Source: an uncultured Candidatus Saccharibacteria bacterium (GTDB taxonomy: Bacteria; Patescibacteriota; Minisyncoccia; Phycocordibacterales; UBA5272). From it: a stretch of DNA of 64,000 nt. The DNA lies in contig CAYXKW010000003.1 of NCBI GenBank assembly GCA_964464695.1, forward strand, positions 10,577-74,576. Reading direction: 5' to 3'. A program made the position numbers and the translations under genes. The notes under the pieces are model-generated. The model was not told the origin of the DNA and searched no databases. It saw nothing but the letters and a program-made list of their open reading frames with translations. This document shows positions 63,591-64,000 of the stretch, piece by piece (the stretch's first letter is position 1; each line of letters starts with the position of its first letter).

Positions 63591-64000
63591 ATGGGTTCTT
63601 TATTTTTTAGCATTCTTGTTCCTCCAATTCTGTTAAGTTTGATTGTGTGGGCGTATTATTTCAGACATTACCACATTGGATACGGAATGGTGCTTATACG
63701 AAGAAAAAGTGATGGCACGGTTTGGGTGGTTTCAAGGCTGCTTAATTCTCCAGCAGAAAAAGCTGGGATACAAAATCGCATCCAAGTAGAGTCAGTTAAC
63801 GGAGAGTCGATGATTTTTCCAATTGAAACAAGTTTCCGTTACTGGGCGCATCAATCTAAACCAAAAATTGGTCAAAAGGAAATGTGGACTTTTACCAATG
63901 GTTTACGAGTCACTTTGGAACCATCGATTGTAAGACAAAAAATTCCAATATATTGGAATCCAAATGCTACACAGGTTGGCGAAAAAAGTTTTAATCAGGA
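63591..64000 (+). CDS. membrane-anchored PDZ-domain protein, 5' part (continues beyond window)
   Basis: AAGGAG RBS 7-12 nt upstream of ATG 63591. N-terminal TM ILVPPILLSLIVWAYYF. PDZ-like VVSRLLNSPAEKAGIQNRIQVESVNGES. Confidence 0.5.
   Translation, partial: MGSLFFSILVPPILLSLIVWAYYFRHYHIGYGMVLIRRKSDGTVWVVSRLLNSPAEKAGIQNRIQVESVNGESMIFPIETSFRYWAHQSKPKIGQKEMWTFTNGLRVTLEPSIVRQKIPIYWNPNATQVGEKSFNQ

Noticed and set aside
1-64000. Alternative genetic code (UGA=Gly, code 25) sometimes seen in streamlined low-GC lineages
   Set aside because: Well-supported genes terminate cleanly at TGA (e.g. ORF 59853-61007) as well as TAA/TAG. Conserved proteins (DnaA, RuvB, PolA) are full length under the standard code.

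Overview
This 64-kb window comes from a low-GC (roughly 30-40%) bacterial chromosome, standard genetic code, compact genes. It contains the replication-origin neighbourhood (rpmH-rnpA-yidC on the minus strand, then dnaA-dnaN on the plus strand at 38.4-41.4 kb). Housekeeping genes I can call with confidence: pgk 3' end, an ECF sigma factor, xth, hfq, xerC/D-type recombinase, rpsO, comM/yifB, LysM-M23 peptidase, a uvrD-like helicase, ksgA, an lnt-like acyltransferase, PBP1A, tyrS, ruvC, ruvB, pilB, tsaE, polA and tRNA-Lys(UUU). Around these sit many secreted or membrane-anchored hypothetical proteins.

Four regions stand out:
1. A contiguous plus-strand block at about 23.3-37.1 kb that looks like a type IV secretion or pilus-like apparatus. 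It has a TrbL/VirB6-like polytopic protein, a PrgI/VirB3-like protein, a VirB4-type ATPase encoded as two adjacent ORFs, secreted proteins, and two paralogous proteins that share a nucleotide-identical two-helix membrane module fused to different peptidoglycan hydrolase domains (M15-like and SLT).
2. A sharply GC-rich island of about 1.9 kb (50.2-52.1 kb, >50% GC). It carries two paralogous secreted proteins, each with its own consensus sigma70 promoter and terminator. It is followed by a tandem-repeat surface protein gene with the same promoter type.
3. A repeat mosaic at 59.4-63.3 kb next to tRNA-Lys. The tRNA 3'-end core recurs about five times, separated by shared 100-150 bp modules, long perfect palindromes, two unknown cargo genes and an excisionase-like gene that has no ATG start. 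This is consistent with serial or nested integration at the tRNA, with no integrase left in the window.
4. A 1438-aa coiled-coil giant protein with internal repeats.

A 12-13-nt motif, GTCT(G)ACAGTCTG, also recurs in four separate intergenic regions. I found no rRNA and no CRISPR array.
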